Shown: positions 13,671 to 23,716 of the stretch, piece after piece | Layout of the letters: every line of letters starts with the position of its first letter | How positions within the stretch are numbered: position 1 is the stretch's first letter | Assembly (NCBI GenBank): GCA_045598585.1 | Contig: JAZLMG010000063.1 | Location: forward strand, 3,205 to 67,204 | Source of the DNA: Kiritimatiellia bacterium | GTDB lineage: Bacteria > Verrucomicrobiota > Kiritimatiellia > RFP12 > UBA1067 | Length of the DNA: 64,000 bases | Reading direction: 5' to 3' | Notes under the pieces: model-generated | Databases searched by the model: none | The model's input: only the letters and a program-made list of their open reading frames with translations | What the model was told of the DNA's origin: nothing | Made by a program: the position numbers and the translations under genes

Positions 13671-14675
13671 ATGCTCAACTGGATGGATAGTCTTTACGGA
13701 CGTAGCTTGATGCGTCTTACTTCGTTCACCGATGAAGAAATGCTGAACCTCATCGATCTCGCAGGTCAGCTCAAGGCGCGTCGTCACGCGGGAGTGCGCG
13801 GCGATCTCTTGAAGCGTAAGAACATCGCGCTCATTTTCGAAAAGTCTTCGACTCGTACGCGTAACTCCTCGATCATCGCGGCGCGTGATGAAGGCGGCGG
13901 CGCGGAATATCTGACGCGTCCCGACATCCATTTCGGCAAGAAGGAATCCGTGAAGGACACCGCGCGTGTCTTGGGCCGTATCTACGACGGCATCCTCTTC
14001 CGTGGCTTCGAGCAGAAGACCTGCGAAGATCTTGCGAAGTATTCGGGCGTCCCGGTGTGGAACGGCCTTACCGACGACTATCACCCGACTCAGGTCTTCG
14101 CCGATTTCCTCACGATCAAGGAAACGTTCGGCTCGCTCGAAGATGTCACGCTCGCTTACGTTGGCGACGGGCGCAACAATGTCGCGAACTCCGTCATGAT
14201 GGGCTGCGCCAAGTGCAAGATCAACTACATCTGCTGCTGCCCGAAGGAACTTGAACCCGACGCGAAAGTTCTCGCGGAAGCTCGCGAAGTCGCCGAGCGC
14301 AACGGCGTCACGATCAAGGTTTTCAACGATCCGATCGAAGGCGTGAAGGGCGCGAATGTTCTTTATACCGACGTCTGGGTTTCGATGGGCGAAGAAGCGA
14401 AGACCGCCGAGCGTATCAAGATGCTCCGTCCGTATCAGATCAATATGGAGCTTATGCGCGCGACCGGCAACATCGATGGGAAACTCATGTTCCTTCATTG
14501 CCTCCCCGCGTTCCATGACTACAATACCGAAGTCACCAAGGAATCCGGCGCTCTCGAGGTCACCGACGAAGTCTTCGAATCGAAGTACTCGAAGGTCTTC
14601 GACGAATCCGAGAATCGCATGCACACGATCAAGGCGCTCTTCGTCTCGGCGCTCTGCAAGCGTGAATCGGTTTAA
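13671..14675 (+). CDS. argF: ornithine carbamoyltransferase
   Basis: SSTRTR, HPTQ and HCLP motifs are present in the expected order. Confidence 0.85.
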   Translation: MLNWMDSLYGRSLMRLTSFTDEEMLNLIDLAGQLKARRHAGVRGDLLKRKNIALIFEKSSTRTRNSSIIAARDEGGGAEYLTRPDIHFGKKESVKDTARVLGRIYDGILFRGFEQKTCEDLAKYSGVPVWNGLTDDYHPTQVFADFLTIKETFGSLEDVTLAYVGDGRNNVANSVMMGCAKCKINYICCCPKELEPDAKVLAEAREVAERNGVTIKVFNDPIEGVKGANVLYTDVWVSMGEEAKTAERIKMLRPYQINMELMRATGNIDGKLMFLHCLPAFHDYNTEVTKESGALEVTDEVFESKYSKVFDESENRMHTIKALFVSALCKRESV

Positions 14676-14680
14676 GTAAA

Positions 14681-15628
14681 GTGGAAAACTTTCTTCTCGT
14701 ATTCGAGCGCGTCCTGATCCTCTTCTTGATGATGGGGGTCGGGTTCGTCTCGAGAAAGACGAAGTTCCTCTCGGACCATGCCATCAAAGGCATGGTCGAC
14801 CTTTTATTGATCGTCGTCACGCCTGCGGTCATTATCGACGTCTTCTCACGAGACTTTGATCCGATGATGCTGAAAGGGCTCGGGATCGCGGCGCTGCTGA
14901 CTGCCGCGCTCCACTTGGCGCTGATTGCGATTTCGCTTCTCGTCATTCGCCGCGCTCATCCCGAGACCGATCCTGTCTTGAAGCTCGCCATCGTTTTCTC
15001 GAATTCGGGCTTTATGGGGATTCCGATGCAGCGGGCGATTCTCGGCGACGAAGGCGTCTTCTATGGCGCCGTCTATATCGCGATCTTCAATCTTTTTATC
15101 TGGACTTGGGGCTTCAGGCGGATGCAGCGCAAGCGCTTTCAGGCGTGGCAGCGTACGGCGCGGCAGATTGCGCTCAATCCCGGCATGATCGGCCTTACAC
15201 TCGGGCTTATCGTCTTCATGATGCCTTGGAAGCTCCCTGAAGTCATCAAGAGCCCCGTCCACTCGCTTTCCGACCTCAATACGCCGCTCGCGATGATCGT
15301 GATCGGCTACTATCTCGCGGGCGCTAACCTCCGTTTCGCGTTATCCCGCTTTAGGACGAATCTCGCGATGGCGATGCGCCTCGTAGTCACTCCGCTTTTG
15401 TTCATTGCCGCGATATACCCCCTCAAGGGCTCGGTAGACTACAATATGTTGATGGCGCTCGTTATCGCCGCTTCTGCGCCGACTGCCGCGACAGTTTCGA
15501 TGTTTGCCGCGAAATTCAAGCGAGATGTCGATACTTCCGTCGCTTTGGTGAGCGCATCGACTGCGATTTCGATTCTGACGATGCCCATTATTATTGCTTT
15601 TGCGCTTAACATTTTGGCGAAATTATGA
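14681..15628 (+). CDS. AEC (auxin efflux carrier) family transporter
   Basis: About 10-TM hydrophobic protein with an N-terminus typical of the AEC family. GTG start. Confidence 0.65.
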   Translation: MENFLLVFERVLILFLMMGVGFVSRKTKFLSDHAIKGMVDLLLIVVTPAVIIDVFSRDFDPMMLKGLGIAALLTAALHLALIAISLLVIRRAHPETDPVLKLAIVFSNSGFMGIPMQRAILGDEGVFYGAVYIAIFNLFIWTWGFRRMQRKRFQAWQRTARQIALNPGMIGLTLGLIVFMMPWKLPEVIKSPVHSLSDLNTPLAMIVIGYYLAGANLRFALSRFRTNLAMAMRLVVTPLLFIAAIYPLKGSVDYNMLMALVIAASAPTAATVSMFAAKFKRDVDTSVALVSASTAISILTMPIIIAFALNILAKL

Positions 15629-15634
15629 TATAAT
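15626..15634 (+). promoter_or_regulatory. extended -10 promoter (TGATATAAT) 7 nt upstream of the ATG at 15642
   Basis: The box lies inside the 3' end of the AEC gene; the ATG follows after 7 nt. Confidence 0.5.
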
Positions 15635-15641
15635 TCTCAGT

Positions 15642-16163
15642 ATGAGAAATACACTAATTGTAGTTTGCGTAATTTTCGCGGTGGGCTTCGCTTTTGCTGC
15701 GGATCTCTTCGGCGATAAAATAAGCGTCAAGTCGTCGCGTCCTGCGAAGATCACTTCGGATTCGACCTTCTATGATCGCAAGGAGGGAATCGTTCAATTT
15801 ACGGGTAACGTTCACGTCGATGACGAGAACTATCAGATGCACTCCGATAAGGCCTACGTCTTCTTGCAGGGGACGAATGATTTAAGCCGTATCGTCGCGA
15901 TCGGCAACGTCGCTTTAACGAACGACACGCGCCGTGCTTATGGTGCGAAAGTTTCGTACTACAAGGATAACGGCCTCGTCGTCCTTTATTCGAACGACGA
16001 GATCAAGGCTGAAGTTCGCGATGAAAAGCCCGAGGGCAATCAGATGGTTCGCGGCGAAAAGATCAAGTTCTGGATCAACTCCGAACAGATTGAAGTCGTG
16101 AAGGCCGAGATCGAAGCTCCCGCTCAGGGCGGTATGGGCGACGTCATCAAGGGGCTTAAGTAA
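15642..16163 (+). CDS. LptA/OstA-N family periplasmic protein
   Basis: Signal peptide MRNTLIVVCVIFAVGFAFA, followed by OstA-like beta-jellyroll sequence (ITSDSTFYDRKEGIVQFTGNVHVDDENYQMHSDKAYVF). Confidence 0.6.
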   Translation: MRNTLIVVCVIFAVGFAFAADLFGDKISVKSSRPAKITSDSTFYDRKEGIVQFTGNVHVDDENYQMHSDKAYVFLQGTNDLSRIVAIGNVALTNDTRRAYGAKVSYYKDNGLVVLYSNDEIKAEVRDEKPEGNQMVRGEKIKFWINSEQIEVVKAEIEAPAQGGMGDVIKGLK

Positions 16164-16936
16164 TGCGCGGCAAAGGACCGAGAGAACTCGTCACCGGCGG
16201 CGAGTGGATTTACGGGCGTAATCCCGTCGAAGAGGCTCTCGCGGCAGGTCGTCGCACGGCGAGTGAAATCGTCCTTCCCGCGTATATGCCCGAGGAAGAC
16301 GATCAGATTCAGCGTATCCGCGACGAAGCGCGCGCTCGTCGCCTCGTCATTCGCACGATGGAGCGTGACCAGCTCGATAAGCTCACTCGCTTCGGACATC
16401 ATCAGGGTGTCGCCTTGAAGACGACCGGCTATCCTTACGTCGGAATCGAAGATATCATTGCCGATGTTGAGGAAGATGAAAACGCCATCGTCGTCATTCT
16501 CGATCACCTCGAAGATCCGCAAAATGTCGGCTCGATTCTTCGTACGGCTTGCGCTATCGGCGCGAAGGGCGTCATCATCCCCGAAGATCGCGCTTGTGGA
16601 ATAACTCCCGCGGCAGTTCGCGCTTCGGCGGGCGGCGCGGAGCATATCAAGGTAGCTCATGTCGTCAACCTCGTTCGCGCCATCGAAGAACTCAAGGAAG
16701 CGGGACTTTGGATGACCGGCCTCGATTGGGGCAAGGACGCGAAGAAGTATACCGAAATCGATTTCAAAGGTCGCGTCGGCCTCGTCGTCGGCGCCGAAGG
16801 AAGCGGTATCTCGCGTTTGGTGCGCGAGAACTGCGATTTTATTGCGGAACTCCCGATGCCGGGCGGCTTTGAGTCGCTCAATGCCGGCGTCGCAGCCGCA
16901 GTCACGATGTATGAAATCCTCCGTCAACATGATTAG
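16163..16936 (+). CDS. rlmB: TrmH/SpoU-family 23S rRNA 2'-O-methyltransferase (RlmB-like)
   Basis: N-terminal substrate-binding domain plus SpoU motifs (LDHLEDPQNVGSILRTA, GAEGSGIS, ESLNAGVAAAV). Confidence 0.8.
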   Translation: MRGKGPRELVTGGEWIYGRNPVEEALAAGRRTASEIVLPAYMPEEDDQIQRIRDEARARRLVIRTMERDQLDKLTRFGHHQGVALKTTGYPYVGIEDIIADVEEDENAIVVILDHLEDPQNVGSILRTACAIGAKGVIIPEDRACGITPAAVRASAGGAEHIKVAHVVNLVRAIEELKEAGLWMTGLDWGKDAKKYTEIDFKGRVGLVVGAEGSGISRLVRENCDFIAELPMPGGFESLNAGVAAAVTMYEILRQHD

Positions 16937-18995
16937 CTCTGATTTAACCTCGTACGGCGAAGACGTCTTTTCCGAAAAGGCGATTAAGGAATATCTTCCG
17001 AAGACGGTAGCGACGAAGCTTCTCGCGACGATGCGCGAGGGTAAGCCGCTCGATCCCTCGATTGCCGGCAAAGTCGCCGAAGGTCTTAAAAATTGGGCGC
17101 TTAATAAGGGCGCGACCCACTTTACTCACTGGTTCCAGCCGCTTACGGGCGGAACGGCCGAAAAGCACGATGCTTTCCTCGAGCCCGCCGGTATCGCCGA
17201 GGCGATTTACAAGTTCTCAGGCAAGAATCTTATCGGTGGCGAAGCGGATGCTTCGAGCTTCCCCTCTGGCGGTCTTCGCTCGACTTTCGAAGCGCGTGGA
17301 TATACCGCTTGGGATCCGACCTCTCCCGCTTTCATCAAGCGTCACGAAAACGGCGCGACTCTTTGCATTCCGACGGCATTCTGCTCGTACCTCGGCGACG
17401 CTCTCGATATGAAGACTCCGCTTCTTCGTTCGATTCAGGTCGTCACCAAAGCGACTGAGCGTCTCATGAAGAAGTTCGGCGTTCCGCCCGCTCATGTCTC
17501 GATCACGCTCGGCGCGGAGCAGGAATATTTCCTTATCGACAAGTCGTTCTATTTGAAGCGTCCCGATCTTCTTCAGACCGGTCGCACGGTCTTCGGTGCA
17601 GCGCCTGCGAAGCATCAGCAGCTCGATGACCACTACTACGGCTCGATTCGTCCGCGCATTTTGAAGTTCATGACCGAGGTCGAGGATAATCTCTGGCGTC
17701 TCGGCATCCCCGCGAAGACGCGTCACAACGAAGTCGCGCCCGCCCAGTTCGAGCTTGCGCCGATGTTCGAGGATCTTAACCTCGCCGTCGACCACAATAT
17801 GCTCATCATGGAAGTTCTTCGTCAGACGGCGGAGAAGAACGGCCTCGTTTGCCTTCTCCATGAAAAGCCGTTTGCGGGCGTCAACGGCTCCGGAAAGCAT
17901 TGCAACTGGTCGATCGCGTATGGAGACAAGAATCTTTTCTCGCCCGGTAACAATCCTCGCGAGAACGCGCTCTTTTTGACCTTCCTCTCGGCGATTATTC
18001 GCGCCGTCGATCTCCACGCGGATCTTCTTCGCATGACGACTGCAGGGGCCGGTAACGATCATCGTCTCGGCGCGAACGAGGCTCCCCCCGCAATTATCTC
18101 GATCTTCCTCGGTGATGAGCTTAATTCGGTCATGAAGGAAATCGAAACCGGCAAGGCGGAAAAGCGCGAAGGTGGGAAGGGTATGCAAATCGGCGTCGAT
18201 ACGCTTCCAGTTTTGCCGCGCGATACGACCGATCGTAACCGCACTTCGCCTTTCGCTTTCACGGGCAACAAGTTCGAATTCCGTGCGCCCGGCTCTTCGC
18301 AGAACTGCGCCCAGTCGCAGATGGTCTTAAACACCATCGTCGCCGAATCGATCGACGCGATTTGCGATAAGCTTGAGGCGATGGAAGGTGACTTCAATAC
18401 GAATCTCCAGGCGCTTCTCCAGCGTCTTATCAAGGCCCACAAGCGCGTCATCTTCTCGGGTGACGGATATTCCGCCGACTGGCCGAAAGAAGCGAAGAAG
18501 CGTAAACTCCCGAATCTTACGAACACCATCGAAGCCCTTAAGCCGCTTAAGAACGCGGCGAATAAGGCGCTCTTCGTCAAGTACGGCGTTCTTTCCGAAA
18601 CCGAAATGGACGCGAGGTTCGAGATCGGCATGGAGGATTACGAGCGCCGCATTCGTATTGAGGGCTCGATCACGCTCGAAATCGCGCGTTCGATGATTTG
18701 CCCCGTGGTTGCCGACGAATTCTCGCGTCTTGCGACCGCTATCGGTCAGGCGAAGAAGGATGGACTTAAGGTTGGTATTCGTGGTCTTACCGCGCTTTCC
18801 TTGAAGCTCGGCGCGGGACTTGATGATTTGCACGTGAAGTGCGAAAAGATGGAAAAAGCTCTCGATAAGGGCAGCTACGCCGAGCAGATCGAAGCGATGC
18901 GCGATTTGCGCAAGACGGTCGACAAGCTCGAATACTTGGTCGATGATGCTCGTTGGCCGCTCCCGAAATATCGCGAGATGCTGTTCATTTATTAA
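16929..18995 (+). CDS. glnN: glutamine synthetase type III
   Basis: About 690 aa, with the GSIII-type N-terminus (SYGEDVFSEKAIKEYLPK) and the catalytic region HNEVAPAQFELAP..LHEKPFAGVNGSGKHCNWS. Start chosen at the ATG at 16929, overlapping the rlmB end. Confidence 0.85.
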   Translation: MISSDLTSYGEDVFSEKAIKEYLPKTVATKLLATMREGKPLDPSIAGKVAEGLKNWALNKGATHFTHWFQPLTGGTAEKHDAFLEPAGIAEAIYKFSGKNLIGGEADASSFPSGGLRSTFEARGYTAWDPTSPAFIKRHENGATLCIPTAFCSYLGDALDMKTPLLRSIQVVTKATERLMKKFGVPPAHVSITLGAEQEYFLIDKSFYLKRPDLLQTGRTVFGAAPAKHQQLDDHYYGSIRPRILKFMTEVEDNLWRLGIPAKTRHNEVAPAQFELAPMFEDLNLAVDHNMLIMEVLRQTAEKNGLVCLLHEKPFAGVNGSGKHCNWSIAYGDKNLFSPGNNPRENALFLTFLSAIIRAVDLHADLLRMTTAGAGNDHRLGANEAPPAIISIFLGDELNSVMKEIETGKAEKREGGKGMQIGVDTLPVLPRDTTDRNRTSPFAFTGNKFEFRAPGSSQNCAQSQMVLNTIVAESIDAICDKLEAMEGDFNTNLQALLQRLIKAHKRVIFSGDGYSADWPKEAKKRKLPNLTNTIEALKPLKNAANKALFVKYGVLSETEMDARFEIGMEDYERRIRIEGSITLEIARSMICPVVADEFSRLATAIGQAKKDGLKVGIRGLTALSLKLGAGLDDLHVKCEKMEKALDKGSYAEQIEAMRDLRKTVDKLEYLVDDARWPLPKYREMLFIY

Positions 18996-19013
18996 GGGTA
19001 GAAAGATTCAAAA

Positions 19014-20744
19014 ATGAAAAGGCAGATGAGAAAGGGCGCGAAAGCCCTGGTGGAAAGTTTGGAAAAGGCCGGCGTCGAGGTGCTCTTCGGGTACCCGGGT
19101 GGTACGGTTATCGATATTTTCAATGAGCTTGATACGGCGAAGTTCCAGTTCGTTTTAGGTCGTCATGAGCAGGGTTCGGCGCACATGGCCGACGGTTATG
19201 CTCGCGCGACCGGTAAGCCCGGCGTGTGCCTCGTTACCTCGGGTCCCGGCGCGACGAACACGATTACGGGTCTCGCTACCGCGAACATGGACGGCGTCCC
19301 GATGGTTCTTATCTCGGGTCAGGTTTCCCTCTCCGCGATCGGTACCGACGCTTTCCAGGAAGCTGACATGAGCGGAATCTGCCGCGCGGTCACGAAACAT
19401 AGCTTCCTCGTCAAATCCGCCGCGGAAATCCCCGAAACCGTCGCGCAGGCGTTTTACATCGCGACTCACGGCAAGCCCGGTCCTGTCGTCATCGACATCC
19501 CGAAGAACGTTCAGCAGGAGCTTACCGACGCTCAATATCCCGAGCGCGTTTCCCTCCGCGCCTATCACCCCGAACAGGCCGCGAGAACGAGCGAGCTCAA
19601 TAAGATGGCGAAGCTCATCAACGAGGCGAAGAAGCCCGTTATCTACGCGGGTGGCGGCGTTATAGCTGCGGGCGCTGCGAAGGATGTCGCGTCTCTAGCC
19701 GCGAAGGCCGAGATTCCCGTTGCGACGACGCTTATGGGCTTAGGCAGCTTCGACGAAAAGTCGCCGCTCTCGCTCGGTATGGCCGGTATGCACGGCTCTG
19801 CTGCCGCGAATTGGGCGGTCAACGAGTGTGATGTCTTAGTCGCTCTTGGTGTTCGCTTCTCCGACCGCGTTATCGGCGAAGTCGCGAAATATGCGCCGAA
19901 CGCGAAGATCATCCATGTCGATCTCGATCCCGCGTCAATTGATAAGAACGTCGTCGCGCACCTCGGTATTTGTGCCGATGTGAAGGATGTCCTTACGACC
20001 GTCAATTCGCGCATCAAGCGCGCGGAGCATAAGGAGTGGGTTGAGAAGATCGCGACTTGGAAGAAAGATAAGCCGATGACATTCCCGATCATGCACAAGG
20101 GCGTCATCATGCCTCAGCAGGTCATCGAAGCTATCGACAAGGCCTCGAATGGTGACGCGGTAATCGTAACCGACGTCGGTCAGAATCAGATGTGGGCCGC
20201 TCAGTATTTCCGTCATAATCACGCGCGTCGTTTCCTCTCTTCGGGCGGTATGGGCACGATGGGCTTCGGTATCCCCGCTGCTATCGGCGCACAATTCGGT
20301 CGTCCCGACCTCGATGTTGTCGCGGTTTGTGGAGACGGAGGCGCTCAGATGACGTTCGAAGAAGTGATCGTTGCGGTTGAGCATAAGCTCCCCGTAACTT
20401 TCGTCGTCATCAACAACAACTGCCTCGGCATGGTTCGTCAGTGGCAGGAACTCTTCTACAACGCGAAGTACTCGGGTTCGATTCTCTCCCCGAAGGGTCG
20501 CGGCAAAAACGAGAAGATTCCCGAAGACCTCGAATATGACTATCTTCCCGATATCTGCAAGCTCGCCGAAGCGCATGGTGCCAAGGCGTATCGCGTCATT
20601 GACCCGAAGAAGCTCGACTCCGTGATGAAGGAGGCTATCGATTCCGAGAAGACTTGCGTCGTCGAAGTTATCGTCGAGCCGCGCGCGAACGTCTATCCGA
20701 TGATTCCCGCCGGTAAGAGCGTTTCCGACATGGTCTTCGGCTAA
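19014..20744 (+). CDS. ilvB: acetolactate synthase large subunit
   Basis: TPP-enzyme layout with GYPGG, GPGATN and GGMGTMGFGIPAAIGA..GDGGAQM motifs. Confidence 0.9.
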   Translation: MKRQMRKGAKALVESLEKAGVEVLFGYPGGTVIDIFNELDTAKFQFVLGRHEQGSAHMADGYARATGKPGVCLVTSGPGATNTITGLATANMDGVPMVLISGQVSLSAIGTDAFQEADMSGICRAVTKHSFLVKSAAEIPETVAQAFYIATHGKPGPVVIDIPKNVQQELTDAQYPERVSLRAYHPEQAARTSELNKMAKLINEAKKPVIYAGGGVIAAGAAKDVASLAAKAEIPVATTLMGLGSFDEKSPLSLGMAGMHGSAAANWAVNECDVLVALGVRFSDRVIGEVAKYAPNAKIIHVDLDPASIDKNVVAHLGICADVKDVLTTVNSRIKRAEHKEWVEKIATWKKDKPMTFPIMHKGVIMPQQVIEAIDKASNGDAVIVTDVGQNQMWAAQYFRHNHARRFLSSGGMGTMGFGIPAAIGAQFGRPDLDVVAVCGDGGAQMTFEEVIVAVEHKLPVTFVVINNNCLGMVRQWQELFYNAKYSGSILSPKGRGKNEKIPEDLEYDYLPDICKLAEAHGAKAYRVIDPKKLDSVMKEAIDSEKTCVVEVIVEPRANVYPMIPAGKSVSDMVFG

Positions 20745-20758
20745 AGGATTTAACGACT

Positions 20759-21004
20759 ATGAACGAAGAAATCTATCGTCTTAATTGTTACGTCGAAAAC
20801 AAGCCGGGCGTCTTGGCGCGTATGGTCGGGCTTATCTCCGGTCGTGGCTACAATATTCAGGCACTTCATGTAGGACCTACCGAAGACGGCACTGTCTCGC
20901 ACATGAAGATCGACGTTCTCGCGACGCAGAAAGTCGTCAATCAAATCATTCTTCAACTTAGAAATCAGGTCAACGTCATTGAAGTGACGAGCCGTAAAAT
21001 GTAA
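20759..21004 (+). CDS. ilvN: acetolactate synthase small subunit (ACT domain only)
   Basis: VENKPGVLARMVGLISGRGYNIQAL ACT-domain signature, immediately after ilvB. Confidence 0.75.
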   Translation: MNEEIYRLNCYVENKPGVLARMVGLISGRGYNIQALHVGPTEDGTVSHMKIDVLATQKVVNQIILQLRNQVNVIEVTSRKM

Positions 21005-21016
21005 GGACAAGTAAAA

Positions 21017-22294
21017 ATGAATACGGTACTTATCGGTGCGCAGTGGGGTGATGAAGGCAAGGGCAAGGTCATTGACTTTTTGACCGAAGAGGCGGATGTC
21101 GTCGTCCGTTTCCAGGGCGGCTCGAACGCCGGTCACACGGTCGTCGTCGGAGATAAGAAGTACGTTCTCCACCTCGTTCCTTCGGGCGTTCTTCATGGCG
21201 GCAAGCACTGCGTTATCGGCAACGGCGTCGTTATGGATCCGTTCGACCTTATGCGCGAACTCGATGAAGTAAAGAGCTGGGGCTTCGACATCATGGGTCG
21301 CTTCCACATCTCCGAGCGCGCTCAGATGGTCATGCAGTGGCACCGCGCGATCGATAAGGCCGAAGAGGCCGCTCGTCCCGAGGGCAAGAAGATCGGTACG
21401 ACTGGTCGCGGCATCGGTCCTGCTTACGCGGCGAAAGTCGGACGCTACGGTATGCGCGTCGGCGATATCTTGAAGCCCAACTTCCTCGATCTTATTCGCG
21501 ATCAGGTCGCCGAAGCTAACCGCACTTTGAAGGCCCTTGGCGCTCAGGAACTCGACGCGGAAGAGATGGTCAAGCTCTATACGCCGATGGTTCCCGCGCT
21601 CATGCCTTATGTTACCGACACGATCCAGTTCCTCCACGAGAATCTCGATCAGAAGAAGTCGGTTCTCTTCGAGGGCGCTCAGGCGACGATGCTCGATATC
21701 GACTTCGGAACTTATCCTTACGTGACGAGCTCGAATCCTACTGCCGGTGGCGCTTGCACGGGCTCCGGCGTTTCGCCGCGCTCGATCGATCGCGTCATCG
21801 GCGTCCTTAAGCTTTACACGACTCGCGTTGGCGAAGGCCCGTTCCCCACGGAACTCTTCCCCGACGACCGCGAGACCTTACGTTCGCGCGGTGGTGAATT
21901 CGGCGCTACTACCGGTCGTCCGCGTCGTTGCGGTTGGTTTGATGCCGTCGTTGCCCGCTATGCTCAGCGCGTCAACGGTATCGACTTCTGGGCGATGACG
22001 AAGCTCGACGTTCTCGATACGTTCAAGATCGTCAAGATTTGCACGGGCTATAAGCGCTCCGATGGGTTTGTCTATCAGACCTTCCCCGCCGATCTCGATG
22101 TTCTTAAGGATTGCACGCCCGTTTACGAAGAGATGCCCGGTTGGGAATGCGAAACCTCGCACATCACCGATTACGCGGCCTTGCCCGAGAACGCGAAGAA
22201 GTACATTAACCGCATTCTCGACCTCGTCGGCGGCAAGCTCGGCGTCCTTTCGGTCGGTCCTGCGCGTGAAACGACGCTTCGCATCAATATCTGA
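21017..22294 (+). CDS. purA: adenylosuccinate synthetase
   Basis: GAQWGDEGKGK P-loop, GGSNAGHT and TTGRGIGPAY. Confidence 0.95.
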   Translation: MNTVLIGAQWGDEGKGKVIDFLTEEADVVVRFQGGSNAGHTVVVGDKKYVLHLVPSGVLHGGKHCVIGNGVVMDPFDLMRELDEVKSWGFDIMGRFHISERAQMVMQWHRAIDKAEEAARPEGKKIGTTGRGIGPAYAAKVGRYGMRVGDILKPNFLDLIRDQVAEANRTLKALGAQELDAEEMVKLYTPMVPALMPYVTDTIQFLHENLDQKKSVLFEGAQATMLDIDFGTYPYVTSSNPTAGGACTGSGVSPRSIDRVIGVLKLYTTRVGEGPFPTELFPDDRETLRSRGGEFGATTGRPRRCGWFDAVVARYAQRVNGIDFWAMTKLDVLDTFKIVKICTGYKRSDGFVYQTFPADLDVLKDCTPVYEEMPGWECETSHITDYAALPENAKKYINRILDLVGGKLGVLSVGPARETTLRINI

Positions 22295-22300
22295 TAAGAT

Positions 22301-22861
22301 ATGAACCTCTACGTAGCGACTCATAACGCACACAAAATTCGGGAGATCTCTGAGATTCTCCCGAATTTCACTATTATTCCCGATGATCCCGAAGGAGTTG
22401 AGGAAAACGCTCCCGATTTCGCAGGTAACGCGCTTATTAAGGTTCGCGCCATTGCCGCGAAGCATAAGGGAGCGTGGGCTATGGCCGATGATTCGGGCCT
22501 CGAGGTCGAAGCCCTCGGGGGCGCGCCCGGTGTTCATTCCGCACGTTATGCGGGTGAGCCCTCGTCGACGCCCGCCAATAATGCGCTCTTACTTAAGAAC
22601 ATGACGGGGGTTACGAACCGCCGAGCTCAGTTTACTTGCGTCTGCGCGTTTGTCGATCCCGAAGGTAAAGAGCATATCGTCGAAGGACATTGCCCGGGGA
22701 AGATTGCCGAGACGCCCTCGGGCGCTTCCGGCTTCGGCTATGATCCTTTGTTCATTCCCGATGGCTACGATGTTAGCTTCGCCGATTTGACGGCCGAACA
22801 AAAAAACGCGATCTCTCATCGAGGTCGCGCTTTGGAAGAAGCTCGTAAGCTCTTCGATTAA
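22301..22861 (+). CDS. rdgB: dITP/XTP pyrophosphatase (RdgB/HAM1)
   Basis: ATHNAHKIREI, DDSGLEVEALGGAPGVHSARY and FGYDPLF. Confidence 0.9.
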   Translation: MNLYVATHNAHKIREISEILPNFTIIPDDPEGVEENAPDFAGNALIKVRAIAAKHKGAWAMADDSGLEVEALGGAPGVHSARYAGEPSSTPANNALLLKNMTGVTNRRAQFTCVCAFVDPEGKEHIVEGHCPGKIAETPSGASGFGYDPLFIPDGYDVSFADLTAEQKNAISHRGRALEEARKLFD

Positions 22862-23640
22862 CGCTTAGAGGTCATCGCGTAATAGGGAAGGGCGAGGAAG
22901 CAGACGGCGCCCAAGATATTACCTATCGTGACGAAAAAGAGATCGTAGAAGTAATTTCCGATCGTCAGCACTTCTTTCCCGCAAGGATGAATGAGCGAAA
23001 TGCCGACGATCGACATGTTCGCGATCGAGTGCTCGAAGCCGGCGACCATGAAGATCAAGATGCACCAAATGGTCATGATAAGTCGCGAGGTTTCTTCCTT
23101 AAGTTTGAACGTGCACCAAACGGCGAGGCAGACGAGAACATTACAAAGAATGCCGCGAAGAATCATCTGAAGGGGCGTGAAGGAGAGTTTCGCCGCGGAA
23201 ACGGAGGCGAAGTACTCGGAAACGACCGGAACCGAATCGGCGCCCGCGTAGTGGTAGACGGCTATCGTGATCCAGCTACCGACCAAGTTGCCGAACCAAC
23301 AAAACGCCCAAAGCGCGGCAACCTTGCCCCAGAGTTTCGGCTTATCAAGTCCAATCATGCCAACCGTGAAGTTGTTTCCCGTAAAAAGTTCGCACCCGGC
23401 GGTGATGACGAGCGAGAGCGCGGAAGCGAAGGCTATGGCCGCGCTGATTTTCGCGATACCGAACGCATTAGGGCCGAGCGCGAGGACATAGCCGCCTATC
23501 GACATCGAGATAATCGCGCCGAAAGTGATGAACATACCGGCGATCATCGAGGCGATGAAGAAGCCGCGAGGGTTGTTTTCAAGGGCGGAAAGCTTGTTTC
23601 CCGCCACGGTGAGGACATTGTCAATAGCTGGTTTATGCAT
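22858..23640 (-). CDS. formate/nitrite transporter (FNT) family protein
   Basis: FNT-type 6-TM protein (FTGNNF, GFEHSIANM). Start set at the ATG at 23640 (MHKPAIDN), because the longer ORF would read through its own -10 box. Confidence 0.8.
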   Translation of the reverse strand: MHKPAIDNVLTVAGNKLSALENNPRGFFIASMIAGMFITFGAIISMSIGGYVLALGPNAFGIAKISAAIAFASALSLVITAGCELFTGNNFTVGMIGLDKPKLWGKVAALWAFCWFGNLVGSWITIAVYHYAGADSVPVVSEYFASVSAAKLSFTPLQMILRGILCNVLVCLAVWCTFKLKEETSRLIMTIWCILIFMVAGFEHSIANMSIVGISLIHPCGKEVLTIGNYFYDLFFVTIGNILGAVCFLALPYYAMTSKR

Positions 23641-23650
23641 AACAATGTGA

Positions 23651-23659
23651 ATTATACCA
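23651..23659 (-). promoter_or_regulatory. extended -10 promoter (TGGTATAAT, minus strand) 10 nt upstream of the FNT ATG
   Basis: The reverse complement of ATTATACCA at 23651-23659 is TGGTATAAT. Confidence 0.5.
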
Positions 23660-23680
23660 TTTACTTTCACCCTCGTCTAG

Positions 23681-23689
23681 TGGTATAAT
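23681..23689 (+). promoter_or_regulatory. extended -10 promoter (TGGTATAAT) for the CaCA antiporter gene, divergent from the FNT promoter
   Basis: TGGTATAAT lies 27 nt upstream of the ATG at 23717. Confidence 0.45.
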
Positions 23690-23716
23690 ATTATATCTGA
23701 AAATAAATGGATAATC